A stretch of 62,114 nt of DNA, counting the filler, from Sphacelaria rigidula (Eukaryota), in the NCBI GenBank assembly GCA_964200075.2. It is 9 parts of 9 records of this genome, joined end to end, with 100 filler letters (N's around TTAATTAATTAA, not from the genome) between each part and the next. Parts side by side here need not be neighbours in the genome. Positions count along the whole stretch, not along the records: positions 48,391 to 55,202 come from CAXNAA020017956.1; positions 55,303 to 62,114 come from CAXNAA020017957.1; 7 more parts are not named here. One strand, written 5' to 3'. The stretch's first letter is position 1; each line of letters begins with the position of its first letter. The notes under the pieces are model-generated. The model made no database searches. It was given only the letters and a program-made list of their open reading frames with translations, and had not been told where the DNA came from. Shown here piece after piece: positions 50,219 to 62,114 of this stretch. Position numbers and translations under genes: made by a program.

Positions 50219-50437
50219 GTGTGATGCGTGGGAGGACCGCGTGCTTAGGGGACGGCATCGTAGTTCAAAGCACCCCAGGATCGACGTTTTTCGAAACCAA
50301 TTGGGCCAATCCCTGCAGGCCCCTGACCCCAACCTCAACGCTGACGCTAACGCTAACGCTAACCCTAACCCTAACCCTAACCCTAACCATAGGGGTGTCT
50401 AAACTCCGATGTGGGCCGGTCCTCCCACGCATTACAG
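50219..50437 (+). mobile_element. MITE of about 220 bp carrying a (CCCTAA)n tract (copy B)
   Basis: TIRs gtgtgatgcgtgggaggaccg and ccggtcctcccacgcattacag, with internal cgctaacgctaacgctaaccctaaccctaaccctaaccctaacc. Partial third copy at 29875-29947. Confidence 0.8.
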
Positions 50438-51398
50438 GCTGTATACTGCACCATAAACACCCTGGTAACGCTGAACAAAGTAGTATTGTGTACGTCTTAT
50501 CTAGAAGCGACCAGCGCTCGACGTGACGGTTAACTAGGACAAATCGCACAAGTGTAATTATGAAGTACTAGCGCCGGCAACGCGATTGATTTCACAATCT
50601 CTGATTGAGCCATTTTCGTAGAGGACACATGTGAATGCTGGATAGACAATATCACCCGCGTATCTGATTCTACCAAGGAAACCATCTCTTCGGTGCACGT
50701 CACTCCTTTGACTTACTACATACCATATAGGCCTCCCTGTCACCAAAACAACAGCCATGCACCGACGGCGCAAAAATGCCATGCGCCACGGATTATCGGC
50801 CCTGACACGACAGAAACGAAGCCCCTCCCCTCGGGGCGCCAATCCATGAAAAAAAATATGTACATCCCGACAAGCCCCTACCGCCCAACGATCACTTCTC
50901 CTACGTAGCTCCCGAACCTGCCATATGTGTGCCGCACGTGAGACTGCGGCGCTCTCTCTCCCTACACAGAGCATGACACTTGAAGTGTCTACTTCCAGCG
51001 GGGAGCGTCAAATGTCTGCCCCCGCGAGCACATCAACATGCACTTGAACCGCAGCATGAATGGAACTCACGCTCGCGCGCGTCGAGATGTCGCGCCAAGT
51101 GTAGGCCCGTTCGGCGAAGCAGCAGCAAGATCGGCTTTCCTGAAGACGTACTTCGCAAAGACGTACTTAGCAAAGACTTTTTTCTTGACGAGAGCCGACG
51201 CGTTGTGGGAGTGCTGATCCAATCTACCGTACCGAAATGGAGGTAGTGTACCGACTTAGTGATGAGTTTATCCCTCGAGACTGTAGGGTAAATACCATGA
51301 CCCGAGACAGCGGCAAGTCGCTGGTGGGGAGCGTTTGACAAGAAAAAAATAATATATATTCTTCGCGTGCTCTGCTGCCTCTTTCGTCTACGTTTCAG

Positions 51399-54300
51399 AT
51401 GGCGCCTACCACTACACGCGTTGGTGTCGCTGGCGGTGATGGTGACAACTCTCTTCGGTGTCGACGCCGCGGCGAAGCTGACAAACGACGAAAAAACACA
51501 GAGCACCAGTCGCGACAATGGCAATCACCGCACGGCCTCTGCCGCCCTCCGGTCTCACCGACGAAGACATCATTCGGAAGGCGCGAACAACAGGGCACTG
51601 ACTGAGGAATACACGGAGGGTGGTAGCAAGGCGTTTTCCATGAAAAAAGTCCGAACATACACAGGTCCAGGCTTTTTCGAGAGCGGGGTGGTCTCGCCTT
51701 CGGAGCGATTTCCACAGCCTGGTGCGGAGAAGGTCTGCGAGAGATGGGCGGTGATTCTCACGACATCCACGCCACAACCGACGCACACCGTCCAGCATCT
51801 CTCGCGTTTGGAAGATTGGTGCGTCGTAGTGGTCGCGGGGGACAAGAGCGGTGAGCATCTGTGCCGTGGTTGTTGTCCAGTGGTGTTTTGATCATGGATT
51901 TTGTCGAATGGAACCCGTGCGAATATGAACGAATGATCCCTGTGTTTCAAGAATAATAGGTATGGTGTTTAGCATACATGTCTCTATCTTGACAAGAGAA
52001 TCGATATTATCGGAACTTACCGTCGTTCTCCACTCATGCAGACTCCACCACACAGAGGAATTCACCGTGGGTCTGCTTTTTTGGCAATGATTCGAACTTG
52101 GAGATGGAAAATGCACAATCGAGACTGAATTCGTGGACTGTGACCGGTGACCCTCTGGATAGTACGCTATTGAGGTCGACCGTTGACACGCTGATTGATT
52201 TACAACATAACGCAAATCCCGTGGTGAACGATGTGCTTCCGCAGGCTCCGACTACTATGGTTTGGAGACTGTGACGTACCTTTCTCCTGCAGATCAAGAA
52301 GCCATGCCGTATCGGATAACTAGCCTTCTACCGTGGAATCACCTCGGCCGAAAGAGTATCGGCTACCTCTATGCGATACACCACGGGGCGAAGGTAAGCG
52401 GCGCGCGTGATATGAGTATTGCCGCTTGTGTTGCCACAGGCGTGGATGCGGTCAATTGCGCGCATCAACTCATGCCGTAGGCCTGCACGAGTCGTCTTTG
52501 CACATGCCTCTATCACCTTGACATGGAACCATCCTGAATGTGACGAGGAGTGCCGAAAATATCGGGTTCGTGCGAAGTGGCCACTTGTGTTCGTGTCTTG
52601 CGCTCGACCTGGAATATATCGATTGTGGTACCTGCAATCATGTTCTCGCTCGGTCTTTCTCCATCACGACATTCATGCCGACAATGTTGGAAAGGCTGTA
52701 CGCACAAATACATCAGCCGCACAAGCTCCGTAGCTGCAGAGACAATCGTTCAGGCTGAATCTAGCAGTATGATGATACAGCAAGCAACTCACGTCTGGTA
52801 CAACGCGTACCACGATAACCAGTACTACTCGTACTAGGAGCGAACTGTTCGATTTTTTTTTTTTTTTCCCTTGATGGAAGCAGGAAGTGTTCGGTTCGCA
52901 CTTCGTCACCCAGCCACGACCAACCACAAGATGCCCCCGCTCTTCCCACATATCCTCGTTCCTGGGCACAGGTTATCTTCGATGTGGAAGATGAGATGCA
53001 CGTATACACCAAGGATAAAGGGATTCCGTACGCTGACAACGGGAACGTTCCGCATACATCATCGTCCTACACCACGGCGAGCCTTGCTCACAATCCCTAC
53101 CCGTGCTTCGGTGCCCCAGACAAAGTCTGGCCCAGGGGGTTTCCCCCAGAATCCGCGGACGATCCATGGGCCAATATGTGCGAAAGTGTGACCGACGTGT
53201 CCATTGAAAAGCAGTCCAATGGGAAACCTCGCCTGCTTGGCGTCGTACAATCCCTCATCAACAACGTTCCAGACGTCGACGCAATGTGCCGGTTATGTGA
53301 TGGTGACTGCAAAGGTACACAGTTTCACTTCGCCACACCACCGCCTGCGGCGGAGGGTGATGGCACCCCCGCGGGAAACAACCCGCTAAAGATTGTGCCC
53401 CCTTCGGCATTCACGCCATACAACGCTCAGGTCAGTTGTGCGCCGATCAAGCAATCACGCTAAGTTCATGACGAGCCGTACCCGCCGACAGGATTTGTGT
53501 CGCATACGCTGCGTGCAAAGATTGCGCGAAAGTGTGTTGTGTGGTATTTCTCGCAAGTACACATGATGCTGTCTTTGTGTGCTTGTTTCCGGACATTTTG
53601 ACTGAAATTTTTTTACGGAGTTCCCTTTGAACATGGCAAAGTACAGTACGGGAGGTACGAGGGATCGTGGCAGTAGCGCTTGGGCTGACAGCACTGCGTA
53701 GTGAATCATGCTCTCATTGTGATTCACTAGTCTCGTCACTCGCGCATCCTCGGATGAATATCGGGTGGTCGGCCGCTCGAATGCAGCGATTGCAGTGTAA
53801 TGTGTGACGTGGGCTGACGTTGCGCAATGAGAGTTTTTCGTCGATGAGACACACCTGAAACTTCCTCCCCTAGACCGGCTGAAATACCAAATTTTGGCTG
53901 CTGCCCTAAAGCAATGCTACGGTAGGGGTGCACATTTTGCGCAAAATCTTGTCTGGTTCAGGGGTTCCTCACAATTCTAGGTGCACAAGAATATGGGTCA
54001 GGGCATCCCCGTTTGCAAATTTATTCGGGATGTCCCCAGCACATTGGGATATAGTAATCCTAGCTTACTCTCACATATTTCATAACTCGTGCTTTGGTTA
54101 TGATAAAACGCTCCCAACAACTCTAACCTCGAAAACAAACATGTGCACCCCTACCGTAGCATCACTCTCTAACCGAGCTTGACAACCGGAACATGCAGAA
54201 GCTCCGTCTTCCCAAGGTAGAAGGCAATAGGACACCACTCGCGTTGAAGCGTATGTCAGTCTAGCTAAATCCTCCGCCCTCGCCTATTTTCGTTTTTTAT

Positions 54301-54488
54301 TCCGCGCGTGATCCCCAATCTCGAGTATAAAAAAGGCAACCCTCCACTTCTCGGTGGCTTTCTGGGGACTGCTGTTGCCTGTTACCGTTGACGAGCGCGT
54401 GAGTGACATCTGGCGGAGCTACTTCACCCAGGCATTTCTCCCGTCGACGGGAGCGGTCACCGCATTCGCATATCCTTGGGTTGAGAAG
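51399..54488 (+). CDS. STELLO-like (DUF288) putative glycosyltransferase, partial spliced gene
   Basis: In-phase exons about 51399-51850 (hydrophobic segment, then ERWAVILTT...DWCVVVVAGDKS), 52245-52393 (YLSPADQ...LLPWNHLGRKSIGYLYAIHHGAK), 52972-53430 (VIFDVEDE...NPYPCFG...VWPRGFP...VVQSLINNVPDVDA...FTPYNAQ) and 54336-54488 (ATLH..AFWGLLLPVTVDERVSDIWRSY). The start codon is uncertain and the 3' end was not found. Confidence 0.9.
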
Positions 54489-56084
54489 GTGATGAACTCC
54501 CCGCTTGAGTGCTACTCAGTTGTCATAAAATTGTGTCCCATGCTCATGATTTCGGCACTCCATACTCGTGTAGCTTAATGAGCACTCTTTCAAATTTTGT
54601 CCCGGATGGGGGGTGGTCTATGGGTTTCAATCGGTGGGAATCCCAGGTCGTCGACGTCATCATCGACGGCGGGAGAAGTAACAGCCGTCAATGCTGTGCT
54701 GCGCTTCAAAATATATTGGGGGTGCCCATCAATGCTGACAGTTTCGACAACCGCCCGTGAGTAAACGGCGGGCGGGTGCAACGCACGGGATTGGAGAATT
54801 CACTCTCGTCGCGTCTCCGCGATGTTGTGCACGACACTGGTCGCCCTTCTGTTCCACAAGCTAGGACTAGCTGCCGGACATTAATTCAGTGACTGAAACC
54901 TCGATACTCAACGACGCCGATTCAGTCAACACAATCTTGCATTTCATGGAACCCCCATGTGGTATATCATATATATATATATATATATGTGGGATATCTA
55001 TTTAGGATATCAGATCTACTTCGAATATCCACCGGGGATATCCAACTCAATCGGGAATGTCCACCTAAGATAGGGGCAACCATATGTAATCTTCGTCTGG
55101 CATATCAGAGTGATGTTGCGATAGCCACCCCCCCCCCCTCCCCCCAGAGAAATGACTGGATTGAGATGAAAAAATCCACGCGAACCTTTTTACCATCCTC
55201 GCNNNNNNNNNNNNNNNNNNNNNNNNNNNNNNNNNNNNNNNNNNNNTTAATTAATTAANNNNNNNNNNNNNNNNNNNNNNNNNNNNNNNNNNNNNNNNNN
55301 NNTGGTATCGATCAGCTGCGGGTTTGTGCTTCACCCCTCAATCAGAAAGTCGGTTTCAACGCAACATGGATAGCCCATTGCCCACCAGATTCCGTCACGG
55401 AAACGACTCGGATACTCCCCTTTGAACATTTCCCTCTGGCGGAAAGAGTGATGCATTGTCTTTAATCGAATTCGAGAACGCGAGCAGGTGTTCCACGCAT
55501 GGTGCTATCATCGTTTGCGAACGACAAGCGTTGACGCCGTCTACTCTCATCAACGGGTACTCCCGGAACAAAACCACGCACAACGTGACAGGACGGTGAA
55601 CCACCACCCCCCCAAACCCCCTACCCCAACCCAACCCCAAGAATCTCGTATCCGCAGGTGTGATATTTTTTTCGGTGTTTCCCAGTCGGTTGCAAGACAC
55701 GATTCCTGTCGGCAGATCATAAGGGGGTTATTTCTATCGCAACCGTCCTACCCGACACCCTTCATCAAGACTCCCCTCTTCCTCCATGGCGCTGCACACA
55801 ACTCTGCCTAAACCTACATACGCTCACTCACCCCCATTTGGGCGGTCGAGCAAGGGGTGGTGTGAAATTTACAAGAGGTCAAATTTACAAGCCGACGGAA
55901 ATCTCGTCTTTGTCTGTATCGGTCACGAGCGCGCGACGCACGCCACGGTCACCCCTCTCGGCGCTGCCTTGCGGTTGATCAAAGCACGGTGTTTCTGTCC
56001 ACAAAAGCCACTATACGCGGCGTCTGAACCTCTTGCCCTGCTTTATTGATGAAAACTAGACGCCCAGAACGCTGTCCTTTACAA

Positions 56085-59000
56085 CTATTTACTCTTCTCT
56101 TGTTGTGTCTGCGCGACAATAATTTCATCCAATACCCCCTTTGGAATCTTGGCCCCGAAATGGAGCCCTCGACATGAAGCCGTGACCAAATCTGACGCCA
56201 TCCACTTTACGTCCGGGGCCAACTTGCGCTTCCTGGTGGTGGTGTCGACCCCAGCCCCGTCACAACTTTCTGTGGTTTTGTAGTCTTGGGTGAGCTTACC
56301 CTTCACGTATTCTCTGATGCTACAATCAGCAGCGCCGCTGCGAGCTTTGGAGGTCGTAGGTGACCACCAGCGCACCTGAACGTCGGTCTCACTGCTGATC
56401 GTCTCCCGTACGTCGATCACCTTACCCACCAAAAACGGGGCTTCGTCGGCGAGGAAGAAAACGAAGTCTCCCTTGACGAATGAGGGAATGTCGGGTTGCT
56501 CACCAGGGACGGTGCCACCGCTGGTGCCCGCCCCACCCTGCCCACACACCCCGGAGTACTGAACGACACCCCCCGACTTGTCATGAACAGAAGTGTCCAG
56601 CTCCCTACCCGACCCATCGCCGAGACCATATTCATCTCTCCCCGTGTCCTCTTTCGCCGCCCCTTGGGCTGGCTGCACGTCGTTGCGCCGCAGTCAGTGG
56701 TAAGGAAGAATCCAAGGCACGGAGCCCTTTGCGTCGAGTAGTCTGTGGGAGGTAGCCATTTCGTTTTTGATTGTCTCCTGCCTCTCCAAATCTGCGAGCA
56801 CGCGTCCGGTCTGATGGGATCAGGGGCGGCCCGTGTGCGACCTCCTCGTGGTTTTGATTCGGCAAGGTGATTGATTAATTGATCGCCGCGCAGCAAATAA
56901 TCCCCCAGCAATCGAGCCGCGGTAACATTATCGACAACCGGAACGGGAACACTCGTTGGATAAAAGTGAAGGACGATCATATACAAACCGTTGACAAAAA
57001 AGGGTGGGTAACAAACTCAGAACTACATAAAGCAGGAGAAAATATAAATACCCAAACTGAAATAGAGGTTGCCGGCCTTTGCGGCCTGCCTCTTGCGTAA
57101 CACGATGCGCGCAGAAGTCTACACTCGTACGTAGTCGACAAAATAAAAAAAACTGTGTGAACAGAGGACGGCAGGTCTACCCTGACCGCCCCATTTGCAA
57201 ATGAAACTGTCAGTACTGAACCCCCCGGAAAATAGGCCCTCAACTGCAGCTTGGATACCCCGGGGTAACTCAGAGACGCTATTTCGAGTCAAAACAAAGC
57301 CCACTTTGCCTATCCCTGTATTGGACTCTTAGGTACTTTGGTTGCCCGAGGGCTCGCTGTCTACCTTGCGTCAGGGGTGTGCTCCATCTCTAAGCGCCAT
57401 TTTGTTTTACAAAAACAAATAATGTGTGCTGAGAGGACAGAGAATAACGAGCCTATAAAATATTACACCTATTTTACAGAATGCCGTACAGCGGGTACAG
57501 ACTTCGGGTCCGAGCACCTCGTGAGACCACCGACCAAGGACTAAATCAACACCGGTTGCTAAAGCGTCAAACGGAACAATCATAACAAGGTGGGAAGCAA
57601 TTGCAAAAACCGTGCACGCGCGACTCCGCCAGGATAGTTTGAGCGGCACAATATAAAGAAGAATCTCCGGTGTACGCGCACCTAGGGGGTAGAGGAATGC
57701 CAGGCGAAAGTGCACGGCATTGTAGCGAGCCAGAACGCATGCCCGCGCGGCTGCATCGACGACCTTTAGGTTGAAGGGAGGCGCTAACTCCATATCTGGG
57801 ACACCCGCTCGGAAACGTAAGTCTGGGGGGCCTTCGAAGACCCCGGGAGCCGTCATCCCGGTGAAGTCAGGCTTTCACATGTACTGCTTCATACCAACGC
57901 TGACCTGGGCCGGCCCCGCAGGCCGGATCTCGAACGACCGTGGCGACGTTATGCCAACGATGGGAAACACGCGACCGCCGTCTATCAGGGCCCCATCGAA
58001 GTCACCCAAGGAGCGGAGAGTGGTGGTGTAGACGGGCAGGCTCGTGTACGCGGCACTGAAGGCCTCTGCCTGCTGTTGTCTCATGAACAGGCAAGAGCCC
58101 TTACAGAGTACGGCGATCCTGTTAAACAATCGTAATTAAGTCCCAAAAGTGGTTATCAATGACATACTTCCACCTACATACTAACCCTTCGATGTCAAAA
58201 GTAAATCGTGACATCGATATATATATATATATGTTTAGACACTCATGTACTGTGCAACCGTACCTTCTTACCCCTATGAGAGTCGTACTGATACCGTACA
58301 TAGTTTGACATTGGAAAAGACCACCCGCGTATCGGCATTATTTGCAGGACTTACTCCGGGATTTCATTTCGAATTTTTGAATTGGTTGGAATTTCGTCCA
58401 TAAACTCTGTTATTCGATGCCTTAGACTTCGTTCAAGAAAGGAAGAGTGGGGTTTTGCGAATACGAACCTAACCACGGTCTCGGTCCTTAATATTTTTAC
58501 ATAGGTGGGGAGTTACAGCCGATTCCCAGCCCAATAACCAAGGTCAATTACCGCGGTAAATTACAAAGGTTTACTGAGTGATCCAACAGTAGGGGTGCAC
58601 AAAATGTTTCTACCGTTTGAATTCGTAGGAGCCCTCCATCTCATTAGGGTTAGGATTAGGGTTAGGGTTAGGGCCTAACCCTAGGGTGAGCGAGGCCACA
58701 CATCACAGCCGGATGATCCAGTTGTGTGTGTGTTTTTTTTTTAAATATGCATTGCTGTCGGAGATCCCCAACGTTCACCCCCAATAATACAGTCTAGCCG
58801 CAGTTTATGCGGTGAAAACCATATACGATATGGGTTACACGCGCTCTCGGTGCTCTGTCGCAACAACTCATCCCTACGTGTGCCATACGCGCGTACTGCC
58901 ATTGGTACCAAACATATCGCGGGGATTTGGGTCTGTCGTCCAATTGGCAACTCCGTAAGAACTCCCCCAGGCACAGAACGGTTATAAACCTTTACTTGGT

Positions 59001-61860
59001 GTTCAGGCACAGACTGGTCCACCGCGAGGTATTGTGTTGTGTGTAGTGTGCGGTTGTGCGGTGTTGCTCCCCGATTGTGCGATACCGATCTTGAATATCG
59101 ACGCACACGTCTTTGTACACACCTCGAGAAGACCTGGTCGATCATGATGTGGGTATGTCCAACCATCATGAAGTTGACCTCAACCCGTCCGATGACGCCT
59201 CGAGCAACCAGAGAACCCAGGTACGTCAAGACGATATGGTTCTTGTTCTCCCCCATGCAGTTGTCGAATTGGGCGTACAGTTCGTCGATGTACGCTAGGG
59301 TGCCGTCGCTGCAGTGCCTTTCGAACAGTCGCGTCAGTGCCCGGTGAATCGATGTGCATACAAGATTACTACCGGCGAAACAAGTACACGGCAAGGTGGT
59401 GGCGGGATGGCGGGACGGACAGTGTGCGATGTTCGTTAGGTTTGTGGAAGAAATGCTGTGGTGGACTGTGGTGCAGTGTGCTGCACCGAACCACGCACCT
59501 CGGCGGTAGACGTATCGAACGAATAGACTAGGGTAGACGACCAGTTACTTACTTCGAATTGGGTGGGCAGCGATACTACGGTATATGAAAATCGAGATGC
59601 GAACGAATCATGCCGACGATCACCTCACGGTATGATTCGGCGACTGCATAACACGAGCACCGTACTCGAACTCACTGCCTCCGACGGTCTGAGGTGCCAG
59701 GAAGAAATCCACGAACTCTCCCTCCACGAGAACTGCCACGATTTTTTGGCGTTCGGCATATCCCCTGTCGGTCTCCACATCGTGCATCGTGCATCGTGCA
59801 TTACCGTGGAGTCGTATCAGACATGATACAGTATACATCGACCTCGACGCACGCGCGAGCGAGCATACACCAGCGCCATGACTGTGGGTGAACGCGGTTG
59901 TTGGAGGCGCTAACCAAAGGGGGACACCGTCGAATACACGGTCAATTGTCGTTCGTACTCACTTGTCTGTGCCGTGCGTCACTGGAGAGCACATAGTTAG
60001 AGCGAACACCGTTTGGGCTGCTACATCGGCTGGTAGAGACACGAACTTCAACGGCTCCTGATTGGCCTTCTCCCGAATGGAAGCTTGACTGATGAAAGCC
60101 AGGCGCTAACGGTTTAGAGTCACTAACTGTAACGGTCGAGAGGATGTGCGCATCGTAAGATTGATGAGGAATGTCTCAAGCTTTGTATCTCCCAGTGGGA
60201 TAAACCATGTGCCTCAAGCCGTGGTCCTATGAGAGACGAACTCGGGATTGAAGGAGGCACAGAAACACCCGCTCAGGAGGCGTGAAGTAACCATAAATAT
60301 TGAAAACACAAACATAGCTAATAAATTCAGATCAACATACACACGGTGCCTCCAAGGAGGGAAGTTATCGAGATAAATCAACCTACACCAAAATAAGAAC
60401 CAATCCGAAACAACGAATTAAAAACAAGCTAGGTAAATGATAAGAGAACTGGTCGGCTGTTGATACGCGGCTCGGACGAAGAGAGTTTCTGCCAAGACCA
60501 CGTGTAACTGGGAAACGCTACTCGACCGCGTGGACCTGGGAAACGTGAATGGAGGGGCACTCGCGACCTACGATACCGTGATGCAATGAGCCGAGGTCGC
60601 ATAGGGAGATGGAGGTTTACTCGACAGAATTTCGATGCGTACTCGCGTCGAAACATTTGATGTCGACGGGTCGCTGCAGGTACGAGCTGAGGAAATATAA
60701 TGGTTGGGAAATATCCTCCCCTTGACTGATTCCATACACCTGCGGCTGCTTTGGATGCTATTCATGGCGTAATCTCACAAATTGCGTATCCTCGTTTATC
60801 CGGTGACATGACGAGCTGCCGACAATTTCGACGAGAGGACGACTCACATGCAAGTGCGCCTTCTGCTCCGTAGCGACCTCCTCCATCTTGCCGGGGTCAG
60901 CGGTGACCCTCACACCAGAACTTCCATTAAAGGTGTCATGGTACAGAGTGCACGCGTTACACTTCATGAATGTGCCTCCGACCTTGTCTTTGTAGTGGGC
61001 TCGGTCCTTGCGCGTCGTGGTGTAAAAGTACCTAAGACTTGCGGCCACCTCCTCGTACGACGCATATCCTCCACGAACGCATCGTACACTTCCTGTCATT
61101 GGGGATGTGGGGTGGTCGCGTGTTTTGAGGGATCGTGCGCAGGAAATTGAGCCCGCAACGCCAGATAGTTACGTTATATGGCTAGGAAAATGTGCGCGCG
61201 CATGAAGCCAAACAACGAGCACACAAGCGCGATGCGCTGCGTCCTGGGCGCGGCGCGTATATCTGTACTGTCATCCACCGCATTGCCTCTTTCTGCGACG
61301 CTATTCGCAGGGGGGGGTGGATCCGACTGTTGAACTGAATCAGATAGGACGCGATATTGAAAATTGGGGATGGATATTTTATTGAGGTTGAGCGTTGGGA
61401 ACCTTCGTACGCATCACTATATTCCTGCAATACAAAAACGAATCTGCCCTCTCCGATTGTGCCGTGTGGCGTGGCTCCTCCTGACCAATAGTCCGTCTGC
61501 AATTTGTGAAATCCTGTACTTACACGGAACAAGTTCATCCTCCGGTCCTTCCTGTCTCTTACACTGCTCTTGTATTCCAGAATCCCCTGAAAAACACGGG
61601 ATTTTACAAATGATTGACGTTTTCTTCCATGAAGAGCGACGCCACCCATTACAGCCGCAGAGTGCATTTGTAATTTTATTTCGAAAACATTTCGATGCTT
61701 GTGGCGGTTCCCAAGGTTATTCCTCCCTAAACACTGTGCTCAATTTCCGAAATCGCGTGCTAGATGCACTAAGGAGTAGTCGATGGTCCAGCAATTCGAA
61801 TTGGAATCGAAGACTATGAACACCGTCGGGGATCGAAGTGTTCCAGGCTCGTACCTCTAG
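56085..61860 (-). mobile_element. Degenerate intron-containing DDD transposase-like gene (Sola-like)
   Basis: Exon-like segments: about 60848-61080 (FMKCNAC...AHLH), 59962-60030 (DVAAQTVFAL), about 59676-59766, about 59123-59368 (LYAQFDNCMGENKN...FMMVGHTHIMIDQVFSR), about 57650-58070 (internal stop at 57875) and about 56085-56960 (stop and frameshift). The DNC-x-GENKN / GHTH-xxx-DQ-xFS pattern is typical of this transposase-related class. The upstream boundary is approximate. Confidence 0.65.
58644..58683. repeat. Interstitial telomere-like tract with an orientation switch
   Basis: ttagggttaggattagggttagggttagggcctaacccta. Confidence 0.8.
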
Positions 61861-62114
61861 CCCGACAAAAATACAAATCGAAACGATATTTACCAACTGC
61901 CTCCGCAAATGTTTTGGCAAAAAACAAACAAACGATACTAAAATAAGATGAGGTTTACTGTGAGGGATGCCGCGAGAGCTCCCCCCCGCCCCCACCCACA
62001 CACACACACATATCAGTCCAAAAGCGCGACCGAAACAATGACTGTACAAGCGCAACCAACTGTTTGTTTCTCATGTAGAAGTATATAGCTTTCTGGTGCG
62101 GCATGTTTTACCCT

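Noticed and set aside
10549-54488. Apparent cell-wall gene cluster (LPMO-CBM1 and STELLO-like)
   Set aside because: The genes are on different contigs joined by artificial spacers, so co-occurrence is an artefact of size sorting.

Overview
Eukaryotic genomic DNA with long GT-AG introns and many repeats, most consistent with a brown alga or related stramenopile (inferred from gene content and architecture, not proven). The window is not one locus. It is nine contigs of 6813 or 6812 bp joined by identical artificial 100-nt spacers (N44-TTAATTAATTAA-N44), so adjacency across spacers carries no biological meaning. Splicing by hand recovers partial genes for a YkuE/TMPPE-like metallophosphoesterase (contig 1), an AA15-like LPMO with two CBM1 modules (contig 2), IFT172 (contig 3), an unknown low-complexity terminal exon (contig 4), RRP6/EXOSC10 (contig 6) and a STELLO/DUF288-like glycosyltransferase (contig 8). 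Mobile DNA includes decayed Ty1/copia and chromodomain-bearing Ty3/gypsy fragments, and a degenerate intron-containing Sola-like DDD transposase gene filling contig 9. There is also a 2.4-kb element with about 800-bp TIRs and an 8-bp TSD, many MITE/foldback elements (some carrying TTAGGG tracts) and tRNA-derived SINE heads. The best leads are the LPMO-2xCBM1 protein, the telomere-motif MITEs, the long-TIR element and the spliced transposase with a putative Tudor-like tail. I cannot establish from sequence alone that any of these is undescribed.
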